Positions 50,303 to 62,400 of a DNA stretch of 64,000 bases are shown in pieces (the stretch's first letter is position 1; every line of letters begins with the position of its first letter). The position numbers and the translations under genes were made by a program. The notes beneath the pieces are model-generated. The model saw nothing but the letters and a program-made list of their open reading frames with translations, was not told where the DNA came from and made no database searches. Source of the DNA: Mobula hypostoma (lineage: Eukaryota); NCBI RefSeq assembly GCF_963921235.1, contig NC_086105.1:126666001-126730000 (forward strand), given 5' to 3'.

Positions 50303-51074
50303 GTAAGTACGAGCGCGAGTTGGTCGCTGGCGACAGAGTGCGAAGTGAAACTACCGCAGCCGGTGCGCGACAGTGCCCTGTAGTAATCTGCACCAGAATC
50401 AGAATCAGGTTTATTATCACCGACACGTGTCATGAAATTTGTTAACTTAGCAGCAGCAGTTCAATGCAATACATAATATAGAAGAAAAAAGTGATAAATA
50501 AGTAAATCTATTACAGTATATGTATATTGAATAGATTAAATATCGCGGAGCCGATACGAAAAATAGTTAGTATATTACTGAAACTGCCTATATATTTTTA
50601 CGACCCAAGAATTTTGCAAGTCACGATGACTCTTTGAGGCTTCCTTAAGGGCCAAGTGCATGGCAGAGCGAATTATAATCTGAAACCTTTTCATGTCAAT
50701 TTTATTTTAACTAGTAACGAGTTGTCTGTGTAGTCAATTCAACCGCAAGTGGGGAGTCCAGCAAGTGCAAAGACTTGGGCAGATGCTTCAACTGAAACAT
50801 GCTAAGTAATATGATTACTATATTTGGGAGCTTTTTATTATGCTAATGAATTTAGTTTGGTTAATTAAAATAACATTAGTTCTTAAGCAGCCTCTCAGAT
50901 TGAGCTGGCTGGCTTCTATCCCTTTGACTGAGGTGACTGAAGAAGCCTTTCTGGAAATCACACTCTCCTGTGCAAAGGGGCACAGGGGCTGGGTGGGTTG
51001 GTTGTGAGGTGGCGTGCTCCGTTGGCAATTCATGCGGAGCTACTGTGTGCTTCCAATTCAAGAACTCTAAATTC

Positions 51075-51980
51075 CCAATTCTGTTCACCCCGCTTGCTTT
51101 CTTTGTCAAGAACCTGGATCACAAAGGCACACTTCAACAGGATGCACCACGAGACTCACCCAGGGGCGGTACACTTGCCGGCATAACCAAGTTTTCAAAC
51201 AGCTGGCATCAGTCTTGGAAGAGAGGCGAATCACCACAAATGCTCTCCCACAAACATCGGCAGGAAATGTCCACATCACGCGATTTGTACCGGCAGGCCA
51301 ACCTCCAGAGCACCATATACCATCAAAAGATGTAGGCTTTCTGCAGGTTGCTCGGGATTGGAAAATGGACATGGACTTGGGGAAAAAAAGCTTGTGTTTC
51401 TCCCAGACATTGCGGCTACAACACTCCGGCCAGACATGGTCCTATGATCCACAACAGCCAAGCTGGCATATGTTGTGGAATTGACAGTACCATGGGAAAA
51501 TGGTGTTGAAAAAGCTTATGAGAGGAAAAAGACCAAGCACTCTGAACTGGCAACTGAAGCCGCCCAGAATGGCTGGAAGACCAAGATTTTCCCTGTAGAA
51601 GTGGGATGCAGGGGATTCGTTGCCAGTCTATTGAAGGAGATGGGGGTGAGGGGTCACTCCCTCCAACAAGCAATCAAGTCCTTGTCAAATGCAGCAGAAG
51701 AAAGCAGCAATTGGATTTGGATTGAAAGGAAAGACAACAACTGGGCTGCAAGATGAAGACAGGAGGGTATGGAACTGAGGGGGGTGTATCTGGGATGCCA
51801 GGTAGCACCGTTGAGTCCTCTGGAAATATCGTGGGCTTATTAATGAAACGTCAAAGAAGGAGGGTGCTCACCTGATGACCCTGATGATGTACCTACCCTC
51901 CCTCCTTGTCACCACTCCAAGCCCACTGCCAACATCGAGAGTGCCGACTTACCATGGGGATTGAAACATCAAGTCTTAGT
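51075..51980 (+). mobile_element. R2/Hero-type non-LTR retrotransposon 3' fragment (restriction-like endonuclease), in TNFRSF17 intron 1
   Basis: QGRYTCRHNQV, LRPDMVL, VELTVPWE, YERKKTKHSEL, FPVEVGCRGF and AAEESSNWIW are motifs of the RLE domain. Frameshifted. Confidence 0.8.
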
Positions 51981-52767
51981 AGCTCTTCTACTCAGTTCTA
52001 CTGTTCCACATTGAGCAGCCAAGAAGTGAATGGGAATATTGCATTTTTTTGATGGAGACTTTGACTGTAATCCTTCAAATCTTTTCCTCTGTCCTTCTGG
52101 TAATCTCTTCCCATGACAGAACTTGGAAAAGCATGTCTGCTCAGGAGTCCTATGTGGGACTTATGGAGACATCCGTTGGAGCCATTGATTAAGCCCCAAT
52201 GCTAGAAAAGGTGGTTGATGACCCTGACTTCACCTCAATTCCCGTGAAATTGGGGAAGTGGGGGGGGGGGGGTTCCTGGAAGCAGTAATGATGTTGTCTT
52301 TCCAGTATCCTTTGCTCTGCTGCAGAAAATTTGGAAGTCAGAAACATCTAGACGGTCAGGAACCACACACTGTGAGGTTTTGTGCCAGATGTGAGGAATT
52401 TTTCCACAGACAACTAAATTTTGTAATGGAGATGGTGAGTTATGTTGTTGATAACTGCCTTTGTTGAGATATGAGAAGTGGTCCATGTTTTCTAGGTTCT
52501 TATGAACCTATATTGTCAGACAGCAGTGTTATATTGTGCGGGCCGATTGTTATGGGATTCTCGTCTTGCAAATATTGAGCGTAAAGTCCATGCTATCTTC
52601 TGCTCTCGTGAATAAAATGACATTGGTTTACAGCGTGGCTTCCAAGTGCATGTATTGTTTGCATACAGTTGCTGAAGTATAGAAGTTTGGGTGACCTAGT
52701 CACTGATGGCTGAACAATTTCCTGTGCGTTCCCAGAATCAGAATCAGGTTAAAATCACAGACATATG

Positions 52768-53290
52768 TCTGCCGGACGATGCTGAGGATGTTCTACGAGT
52801 CTGTGGTGGCCAGTGCTATCATGTTTGCTGTTGTGTGCTGGGGCAGCAGGCTGAGGGTAACAGACACCAACAGAATCAACAACCTCATTCGTAAGGCCAG
52901 TGATGTTGTGGGGATGGAACTGGACTCTCTGACGGTGGTGTCTGAAAAGAGGATGCTGTCTAAGTTGCATGCCATCTTGGTCAATGTCTCCCATCCACTA
53001 CATAATGTACTGGTTGGGCACAGGAGTACATTCAGCCAGAGACTCATTCCACCGAGATACAACACAGAGCGTCATAGGAAGTCATTCTTGCCTGTGGCCA
53101 TCAAACTTCACAACTCCTGTCTTGGAGGGTCAGATACCCCAAGCCAATAGGCTGGTCCTGGACTTATTTCCTGGCATAATTTACATATTACTATTTAACT
53201 ATTTATGGTGTTATTACTATTTATTATTTATGGTGCAACTGTAACGAAAACCAATTTCCCCCGGAATCGATAAAGTATGACTATGACTAT
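52768..53290 (+). mobile_element. Rex1-type LINE 3' end nested in an older minus-strand Rex/Babar copy (52735-54690)
   Basis: MLRMFYESVVASAIMFAVVCWGS...TERHRKSFLPVAIKL; tail TAAAGTATGACTATGACTA. The host element resumes after it. Confidence 0.85.
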
Positions 53291-53341
53291 ATGACATGAA
53301 ATGTGTTATTTTGTGGCAGCAGTACATTGCAATACATAATA

Positions 53342-54082
53342 CAGGTTGTGCAACCCTTATTCAAAATGTTTGGGGCCAGAAGTGTTTCGGATTTCAGATT
53401 TTTTTGAATTTTGGAATATTTACATCTATATAACGAGATACCTAGGGGATGGAACCCAAGTCTAAACATGAGATCGATTTACGCTACATATATAGTTCAT
53501 GTACAGCTGGTGTGAAGCTCGCAGAGTGAACAGTCCACAGCTGGAGAACAGTCTGATGTGATGCAGCTGGGTCCTCCACAGAGTGGTGGAGTTGAATGAC
53601 TATCCCTAACCCCGTCTATTACTGGGTTCCAACACTGCGACTAGCTTCATATTCACCATTGATTTAAGAAGGCCACCCTTTCCACAGAAACTATGACAGG
53701 AGTGGGGGTTAGTTTTATATAATATTTTAAATAATTTTGTGCATGAAACAATTACCTTTGATTTTCAGTTTGTCATTATAGATCCTTGCTTGTTTCATGA
53801 TCATGATACCATTAAGCAGCATATGTTCACTTCAACGCAGATGAATTCATTCTTTCAATACATGATCGAGATCTTGATTTATTTTGCTTCATGCACTAAT
53901 TTTCTATTTTTCATTAAACTCTTCATTACATATGTGAGATCACTTCTCAGAACTGTGTGTGGTGTGCAGAGACCTGTGCAACGCCTGGGAACCTTCCCAG
54001 TGCCTTGTAGAATTTTCCATTTGTGATGTCATGTCAGTGCTCAAGATAAATTTGGATTTTGGAGGTTTTTGGATTTTGGATA
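53342..54082 (+). mobile_element. TcMar-Tigger MITE resembling mammalian Tigger4/MER46
   Basis: Starts after TA with CAGGTTG..CCCTTATTCAAAATGTTTGGGGCCAGAAGTGTTTCGGATTT. Internal GGGGATGGAACCCAAGTCTAAACA and AATAATTTTGTGCATGAAACAA. Right end eroded. Confidence 0.7.
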
Positions 54083-56589
54083 AAAAAATATAAATGACAA
54101 TAATAAATATATATATATATAATAAATTTAATTAGTAGTGTAAAAAGAGAGGAAAAATAGTGAGGTTGAGTACATGGGTTCATTATCCATTCAGAAATCT
54201 GGTGGTGGAAGGGAAGAAGCTGTACCTGAAACATTGAGTGTGTGTCTTCAGGCTCCTGTACTGCCTACTTGATGGTAGCAATGCGAAGAGGTCATGTCAT
54301 GGGTAATGGAAATTCTTAATGATGTGTGCCGCCTTTTTGAGGTATTGCAATTTGAATGTATCCTCGATGCTGGGGTGACTAGTGCAGGCTACGTTTACAA
54401 CTTTCTTCAGCTTTTTACGATCCTTTGCCATGGTCCCTCCATACTAGATGGTGATACAACCAGTTCAGCTACTCTCTGCAGTATATCTGGAGATATTTGC
54501 AAGAGTCTTTGTTGACAAACTAAGTGTCCTCAAACTTGAATGAAATATAGATGCTGTTGTGCCTTCTTTGTAGTTGCATCACTAAGTCGGGCCCAGGATA
54601 GATCTTCAAAGATGTTGACACTCAGGCACTTGAAACTGCTCACCTTTTTCACTGCTCATCCCTGAATGAGGACTGATATGTGTTTCTGATATTTATCTCC
54701 ACTCCCAGAGTCAATTTGATGGAGGTGAAGTGCATCATTGCTGGAAGAATAATGAGGGGGAAATGCGCAATGGCATAGCCTAGTTTAACAGCAATATTCA
54801 CTGAGATTGGTACTTTGTAGACCTGTTGGTTAGGATAAAGACTTGCAGGCCATTCTGAAAGAGACAAAATGGAGGAGAGTTTTCCCTGGAACCTCCTGGC
54901 ATTAGTGAGATTGAGAAAGACCATGTTTAAGTGCTGATGTTGTCCTTTGAAGCTGTTGAGCAATGAAGATCTTGACCATCTGTGCTTCTTAATGTACATA
55001 ATTCACATTGCCATTTGGGGAGCAGCTATTCATTTACTGGGAGGAGGATCCCAACAATGACTTTCCCTTTGCAAACAGAATCTCTGAGATCCCTAATACA
55101 ATCCTCTTTCCAGATGTGGACAATAAGATTGTGGTTTGGCAAAAGATGTGGAATGCAGATTGGAATATGATCTACTCCTGAGGTCCTGTAGTCATATTTT
55201 GAGGTATATAGATTTCAGCATTTCTTGTCAGTCAGGAATGATGGCAAGACTGACTGCCACCAGATCAGCTAAACTGTATTAGGTACACATGTACGGTATT
55301 GCATTTGATGTATTTTCTAGAAGTGTTAGGGTTATAGTATTCCTTGGCTTTTTATTCCATTTTGCTCCTTATCATCTCTATGATATTGAACTAGTTTGTA
55401 AGTTGTTGTGTCACTTTTAACCTCAAACTGAACTTCAGACCATGTCTGGACCATTGTTGAGAACACTTTTTTCCATCACAGTAATATTGTCCAAGTGTAC
55501 CTCTTCAAAAACCACCATCTGTGCCCTTATTATGTTCAAAATCAATTATTCAAACATCAACTATTGGCTAAGTTCTATCTTGAATAACATTTAAACCATC
55601 CCAAATGCCCATCCTTTTGTTTAATTCTAGCACATGTTGCTCTGTTAATCACAGTCATTACCACCCCAACCCTCTCAGCTCTGAAATTCTGTTCCAAAAT
55701 CTTTTGATTGCTTTCTTAATTTTTAAAAATTGTTTGCCATATCTACCTCTTTGACCAATCTTTTGGTCATCTGTCCTTATGAGGCTCTGTGTGAAACTTT
55801 ATTGAGAAAGGCTCCTTAGAGTATAAAGTTACTAGAGGTCCAGAGATCTCTTTTTTAAGAACACAATACTGGTGTAATATATGACAGACTGTGCTGATAT
55901 TATGTTAGAACTTAAGTATTTAATGGTATCAGAGGGCTTGAGTAATGCAAGAAAAAAACTGTAATGCAATCATTATAGTTCCAATCATACTAGAAGAGGC
56001 CACAATCGAATCCAGTTCCTTGGTTGTCTAGCAGTCAGATATATTAGCATCCCTGGCTAGTGCAGATCAATTTCCATTTGCATCAGCGGATTCATAAGTA
56101 AGCACACGATTCCTAAAATATAAATTGCTTTAAATGAGAGTTGAGCATTCACATACGCCCATTATCCTCCATTTATTTGCATTCATTCTGATGGATTGTT
56201 CTCATGTTTATTAGGTAATAAATATATTATTTCCAAGTGTTAATAAAGCATATGGACTCTGATTGTAAATGATACTGAATGCTATCACCAAACCAAGGCT
56301 GACATAATTATTTCTAAGTTACGTGACACTCGCTTAACTATTGTTGTTGCAACCATTTTATTGTATATTTTGAGATTAATAATGTATTAATCACTGCCGG
56401 TCTTCATTCTCCCCTCTGTGACTTCTTTAATATGATTTCCATTTTATCTTCTTTCACACGTAATTTATGCCTCTGTTCATGAATTGATTGAAAAAATAAT
56501 TTTCCAAGTATTTTATGCTATTCAGAAAGATAACTACCAGGTATATAAAATCTGGAAATAAATACTCCTGATATGATACCTGGTCTACC

Positions 56590-56870
56590 TATTTATCTAT
56601 TTAGAGACACAGCATGGAATAGGCCCTTTGAGCCATGTCACCAGCAACCCAGATTTAACACTAGCCTCATCATGGAACAAGTTACAATAACCAATTAACC
56701 ATCTATTGGTATGTCTTTGGACTGTGGGAGGAAACTGGAGCACTAGGAGAAAACCCATGCATTCCACAGGGAGTTCATACAAACTCCTTCCAGAGGAGAT
56801 GGGATTGAACTCCAAACACCACGGCCCTGGGCTGTAATAGTGTAGCACTAACCACTACACCACCGTGCTT
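56590..56870 (-). mobile_element. V-domain tRNA-SINE (HE1-like)
   Basis: Minus strand A box TGTAGTGG, B box GAGTTCAATCC, V core GTGCTCCAGTTTCCTCCCACAGTCCAAAGAC. Degenerate relatives at ~58930-59070 (-) and ~62410-62605 (+). Confidence 0.75.
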
Positions 56871-58300
56871 AAAAGACGTATTCATGCAAAACAAATGTCA
56901 AGACAATGGGAGAAAGTTTCAACAAATCTGATTGTTTAGTCAGGAGCATTGGAGCCTGAGAGAGAGACTTTGATAGAAGTTTATAAAATTTTGATAGACA
57001 TAAATAGACTTTTCTCCAGAGTAGAAGTGTCAAAAACTGGAGGACATAGTTTTTAGGTGAGAGAGGGAAAGATTAAAGGAGAAGTGTGGGTAAAGTTATT
57101 TACACAGAGAGGGGTTGGTGCCTGGAACACACTGCTAGGGGTGATACTGGTGATCAGGAACAAGAACATGCAGGGAATGAAAGGATATTGATCAAGTATG
57201 GGTTAAGTAAGTTTGACATCGTCGTTGGCACCTATATCCTGTGCTGTGCCATTCTACGTTCTAAGGTGTGAGCTTTAAGCAGGGGATCCCAAACGTTGGT
57301 AAAAGGGATTGCTTTTAAAGAGGATTTGAAGTAAGGTGAAGATATGACAACATTTTGAAGGAAAAATCTACAACAGAAATCAGAAAATTAAAAAAAGGCA
57401 GGTTGGGTATGATGGGGACCACAGACCCAAGAAACCTGAGCCTGAGAAATACCAAAGTTTACAGTAATTGAAGTGTGAGAAGAATTTTAATGTTAATGTT
57501 AATGTTCTGGGGTTATTAAGGTATCTAGACATAAAAATGATAATTAAATTAGAGCAATTCTGTTGATTGATGCGCAAAACCAAGTGTGAAATTGTAGCAA
57601 CACACACAAAATGATTTCCAGCATCTGCAGATTTTCTCTTGTTTGTGAACCTGTAGCAGATCCGTGGATAAACTGAGGTTTTTGTCTGGCACATTTACAT
57701 TCTTTATTTTATTTAAGGTCACATTCATTGAAATTGACCGAGCTAAAATTGAATATGTAATTACCCTGCAGCTTAAATATCTTTCATAATCCATTTCTTT
57801 TGTTCTCTTCTGAATTTTGTCAAAAGCAGCTTCCCCATTTCAGCAGTTTCCATCTATTCATCAGCAGTTGACGTCCACGCCATTGATAAACTACAAATAT
57901 GTAGTCAAAGTACTGTAAATCCAGTTAGATAATTACGTCAATTAATGTTACTGTGCATGCCCATCAGAATTGGTGTGTTTGTGCATCTTAGACAAGCAGG
58001 ACCATACCACAATTTACTGGCGTATTATGCTCCACAAAGTAATCAGAAGAGTTTCCAATATTTCTACCTCCTCCGAGGAAAGAAATGTGTTTAACATATT
58101 TCATTGGAAGCCACTAAGAACTGTTCTAACTATGCGATTTTAAGAAAAATCGTAAATTATTCTTATGAGTTCTATTAAAAATTAGAAAATTTAATTAGCT
58201 TTAATGTGAAATTATTATTCCATGGATCTTTGAAATCAAAGGAACAAATAATCCTACAGTCTATTATATCTCCCATGTAAATATTTTTGTTTCTTACCAG

Positions 58301-58459
58301 CAGATACTCCAGTGCCTTCCGTGACCATTCCTGATGCAAGTAAAATCGCATGGATTATCATTGGATCACTTCAGCTGTTAATATTGATATTTATAGTATT
58401 TATTCTTTTCATTCGAAAATTGCATCAATGGAAAGCAAATGTACCATTTAAATCTACAG
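58301..58459 (+). CDS. TNFRSF17: TNFRSF17/BCMA exon 2: stalk and transmembrane helix
   Basis: Not in the ORF track. Acceptor tttttgtttcttacCAG|, 159 nt, phase 1-1. Encodes (T)DTPVPSVTIPDASKIAWIIIGSLQLLILIFIVFILFIRKLHQWKANVPFKST, matching human AILWTCLGL...FLLRK...FKNTG. Donor CAG|GTGATG. Confidence 0.9.
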
Positions 58460-60239
58460 GTGATGTTTAAATGTAGATTTTTCTATTATATGGTGATCTG
58501 AAATACATTTTAAAATTAAATGAGCAACAGCACCAGCTTGATTAGAAAAAGTAATGAAAAACTGGTAACACTAATTTGCAACTAAGGTTACCATTTTGAG
58601 AATTCCTAAGTATATAACCTTTTTACAAGATAAAATTTGATTGAGCCCCTTCTTTGTTTGGAGACTAAGCTTGAAAAAGATTTATTGATGTTACTTTATG
58701 TTTTATGTAATATTGTTTATGATAATGGCATTAAAATGAACTGCTCTAAAGTACTTATGGGGACACAGCAGGAGGCCATCAGTCCAACAGGCCCTGGTTG
58801 ACTCCCAGCAGAGCAATCACAGTCCCATTCTACCTGTACCCTTGCAACTCATTCCCTCTTGCATGCCCATCAATTTCCCTTCAAATATTTTAGAATTTTC
58901 TCATAATAAAAGGTATTTCATAGCAGCTAATTAACTCACTAGCACTTGTTTGGCATGTGGGAGGAAACTAGAACATTCAAAGGGGGCCCAGGTGGCCACA
59001 TGGCAATGTGTAAACACCACAGCAACTGAGTCATGAATGAACCTGGGTTCCTAAGCTGTGAGGCAACAGTACTGTCATGCCTTTCTGTGGGATGATGTTA
59101 CATGATGAAAGTTGGACCAGATTATTGTGGTGTTATAACATTGAGATACCAGTACTGTAGTTTCGTAAGAAGGCTCCATTGAAAATCTTAATATTTTAGT
59201 TCTAACCAAATTTTGTCAAATAAACTTAACTTCCTTTCTGAAAAGACCATAATTCCTTAACTAATACATATACTGTACAACACTGAATTGTATATTGGAA
59301 GATAATTTCCTCTTAAATGAATAACAAAATGGTTTTGATTGAATATATATTACTGAGCTGTTAGCGCTACAAAAATAATTGCATGTTAGCTATCAATGTG
59401 TGAATTTTCTCTCAAATATCTGATGGAAGATTCAAAAGGTTTTCAAGCAAAATGTGCTTGCTGCATGAGCTGGTAATTTATTTTAAAGGTTTGCCGTTCT
59501 CTGCATTTGAAAAACAATCTGCAAGACCCCAAATCTGGTTTCGTGCTTACACATTTTCATGAATCTGATATGAAGCCTTGTTTATTTTAAATATTTTAAT
59601 CAAAGCAGCTAAAATTCTATATTTTTCTGTACAGTATTGAGACAGTCTTTAGCAAAATAAGATGTAAAGCAGAATAACCTATGTGATCCCCCCAAAAATT
59701 ATTTATAATTTTTGTTATTTATTTTCCATAATTTAAACTTTAGTTTATAATCTTAATTTGGCATTCTATTGATACATTAACTTTAAAGCACATTTCCTGC
59801 TTTCTACATTCCGCTTTGGACTGAGTGCCTCAGTGAGGATTATTCGATCAAAACAATCAAAGAATTTCCGTGCTTACCTTCACAGTACCCCTGCAAGGTT
59901 GTTGTCCTGAAACAGGTTCATTTTCAGATTATTCAAAGTCCTGAATGAAATCTGGAGAGAATGGGCACAGAAATAAAGTAAAAGACCTAATACTAATTTT
60001 GTTATGATAAAGATTTTTAAGTTTGGTTACAATTTTTGACCTCATTAGATGGATTGTTTGTAAAAAGATAGGATTAACCACGAAATTATCCTAATATCAC
60101 CTTTCCCTTTTGCAAATGTATTAGCAGCCTCCTGTAGAAATATTTTACACACTTCTTTGAAAGTTTTCAAGCAATATATGCTTGCTGAATGAGCTGGTAA
60201 TTTGAAAAAGGATCTTGTGATTTACTGGCACATAAGGTG

Positions 60240-60922
60240 AATAAGCTCTTGGGCTTCCAGCTGGGTACAGGTATCGATTATAACCAATGTTTTGATGACA
60301 AATTCTGCCATCTTCATCAGGGAATCCTGTAAACACCAGCTGACCTGAGTCTCAGGTAATCTTTGTCCTGCATAATCTGTAATCTGAGTTTCCTTATGTG
60401 TTTGTGGATGGTTTTGATCTGGTATTTCCTCAGGATACTGGCGATCCTTCCAGAAACCAGCCTTCCAGCATTTACCCTGTAAATGCAGAGTAGCATATAT
60501 CGGCCAGAAGGGATGCATGGTGGAAACCTGCATTAAGAAGCACAGGTAGTGTATCTGTTTGTGTCACCCGGAGAAATCGGCGGTAGCAGAACATTGCATT
60601 CACAATGGCCATTGGATTGACTTTGACGGCACTAAATTACTGTGCTGCGCCAATGGCTTTTAGGACCACATGGTAGAAATAAAACTAGAGGAAAAGAATT
60701 TTAACAAAGACGAAGCTCTTGTTCTAAGTAAGAACTGGAATTCGATTGTAAACAAGGAGGGAGAGCAGAAATCCAATTGGGAGGGACGGACTATGGTGGT
60801 ATAAATACCACCAGACTAGAGATGCCCAGGTATCATCCCTGATGAAGAAGGTTGAGTTTGTCATTGAAACATTTGTTATAATCGATATTTTTACCTGTCT
60901 GGAAGCCTGAGAAGAGTTTATT
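60240..60922 (+). mobile_element. Second Penelope-like family copy with inverted termini, in TNFRSF17 intron 2
   Basis: 60240-60323 is an inverted copy of ~60836-60922. Interior translates to CKCRVAYIGQKG..ETCIKKH and SAVAEHCIHNGHWIDFDGTKLL (GIY-YIG type). Confidence 0.78.
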
Positions 60923-61047
60923 TGAGCAGGTAATTTATTTTAAAGGTTTATCATTCTCTGCATTTGAAAAAGATCTGTTGTTAAAATTATTGTTCTTCCA
61001 TTAATCTTGCATGGACATTATTTTAATATGTTACTTAAAAATTTCAG

Positions 61048-61325
61048 ATGTGATACCCAATAATAATGTCATCATTTCAAGTTTCAAGGAAACCACACTT
61101 GCCGAAGATACACATCAATTCTCTCGTGTAAGAAATCAGCAATCAGATCACTTTATGGAACCTGACATTTCCACTTGTGCAGCCCAAGGAAGTGAAATGA
61201 AGATACTGATATCATGTGGTCAGGGGGACTATGACTATGATGCCTCATTTCCTTTACCAGCTACTGAAGAAGGAGCAACAGCTCTTGTCACAACCAAAAC
61301 TGCAGAGTGCTGTGACTGTAGATAA
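61048..61325 (+). CDS. TNFRSF17: TNFRSF17/BCMA exon 3: cytoplasmic tail with TRAF-binding region and stop codon
   Basis: Acceptor atttCAG|. Contains FPLPATEEGATALVTTKT (human FPLPAMEEGATILVTTKT). Spliced CDS 124+159+278 = 561 nt = 186 aa + stop with no internal stop. Confidence 0.93.
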
Positions 61326-61849
61326 GTGTATTTTTCAGCAGTCAGGAATGCTTTTTGAAATATGATGAGCTGATATTTAGAAATTTGCAGAACGATTCCT
61401 GAAAAGATGATAATTTTGCTATTGTAAAATCTTGCCTTGTGCAATTTGACTGCCTTGCCTATGATGTGATGGCAACTATACTTCACAAATACCCGGGCTG
61501 TAATTTTGTTTTTGTAGTTTAACCAAGTTGCTGCTTCAATATGTTTCCATTTCTCTTGCTTTATTTCTTGTTGTCATGACCCTTAACCAATTTCAAAGTT
61601 TCTAATCAGTTCAAACAGCTGTGTTTTCTTCCAAGGTTTCTTTATTGCTATGTTCTGTTTTGCTCAATGTTCTGTGTTTTACCGTAGTGATATTTATAAT
61701 TTATTGCCTTAGTTTAGTTTGACAACATTTAAACTTAGTTTTATTTTCTTTGCTCTTCCTACAGCTAGCAATTTTTTTCAAATCACTTTTGCATTCTACT
61801 TTTTTGTGCTTCCTCAGTTGTATCCTATTTTTGATTTTTCTCCCCACAC

Positions 61850-62400
61850 CCCCAACACCAGCTCCATAGCCAAGAAAGCCCAGCAGCATCTCTATTTTCT
61901 GCCAAGGCTGAGAAAAGTCCACCTTCCTCCCCACATCCTCACCACATTTTACAGAGGATGTATCGAGAGCATCCTGAGCAGCTGCATCACTGCCTTGTTC
62001 GGGAATTGCACCGTCTCGGATCGCAAGACCCTGTAGCAGATAGTGAGGTCAGCTGAGAAGATCATCGGGGTCTCTCTTCCCGCTATTACAGACATTTATA
62101 ACACACACTGCACCCGCAAAGCTAACAGTATTGTGAAGGACCCCACGCACCCCTCACACAAACTCTTCTCCCTCCTGCCATCTGGCAAAAGGTACCGAAG
62201 CATTCTGGCTCTCACAACCAGACTGTGCAACAGTTTCTTCCCCCAAGCCATCAGACTCCTCAATACTCAGAGTCTAGACTGACATCTATATCATTTATTA
62301 TTATATTGTAATTTGTCCTCTACTGTGCCTATTGTCTTGTTTATTAATTATTGTACTGTCCTGCACTGTTTTGTGCACTTTATGTAGTCTTGTGCAGGTC
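61850..62400 (+). mobile_element. Rex1/Babar LINE 3' fragment
   Basis: [47 protein letters not shown]. Confidence 0.85.

Noticed and set aside
51844-51880. GAAACGTC...CTGATGA in the Hero 3' UTR as a permuted hammerhead
   Set aside because: I could not find convincing stem I or stem II pairing.
55114-55203. Frame reading ECRLEYDLLLRSC, resembling a BAFF-R-type DxL motif, after a good acceptor in BCMA intron 1
   Set aside because: That frame has a stop just upstream and no Met; the frame that would splice in phase with exon 1 hits TGA; the Cys pattern is incomplete.
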